Shown here: positions 63,966 to 64,000 of the stretch, piece by piece
Layout: each line of letters begins with the position of its first letter
Position numbering within the stretch: position 1 is the stretch's first letter
Source: Lingula anatina
Taxonomy: Eukaryota; Animalia; Brachiopoda
Direction of reading: 5' to 3'
Assembly: GCA_051362555.1 (NCBI GenBank)
Contig: CM120645.1
Location: 11,842,001-11,906,000, forward strand
DNA: 64,000 bases
Program-made: the position numbers and the translations under genes
The notes under the pieces: generated by a model
Database searches by the model: none
Told to the model about the DNA's origin: nothing
The model's input: only the letters and a program-made list of their open reading frames with translations

Positions 63966-64000
63966 GTAAGACACATCTTTCACCTTAAACCAGGTATCGC

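Overview
AT-rich, intron-containing eukaryotic DNA, most likely from a marine invertebrate (lophotrochozoan-like; this is inference). Host genes, reconstructed by hand from splice sites and codon phase: two tandem copies of a divergent Ser/Thr-type protein kinase (81-958 partial; 2842-6294); an intronless NXPE/PC-esterase (SGNH) gene on the minus strand; a 10-exon THNSL1 with a GC-AG last intron; a 12-exon minus-strand gene with a C-terminal MYND zinc finger and an odd upstream ORF arrangement; and the 5' part of ZRANB3, head-to-head with the MYND gene. About half of the window is mobile DNA: a full-length but disabled L1/Tx1-type LINE with a 17-bp TSD; an intact, apparently very recent BEL/Pao retrotransposon whose two LTRs both end in TA; a 3.3-kb non-autonomous CACTA/EnSpm element carrying a Penelope-type GIY-YIG remnant plus a minimal hammerhead-ribozyme motif; two Harbinger-type MITEs; a probable solo LTR; and many stacked Helentron-like (HINE) elements with ~161-bp internal satellites. 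No database searches or alignments were run. Family calls rest on motifs read from the sequence.
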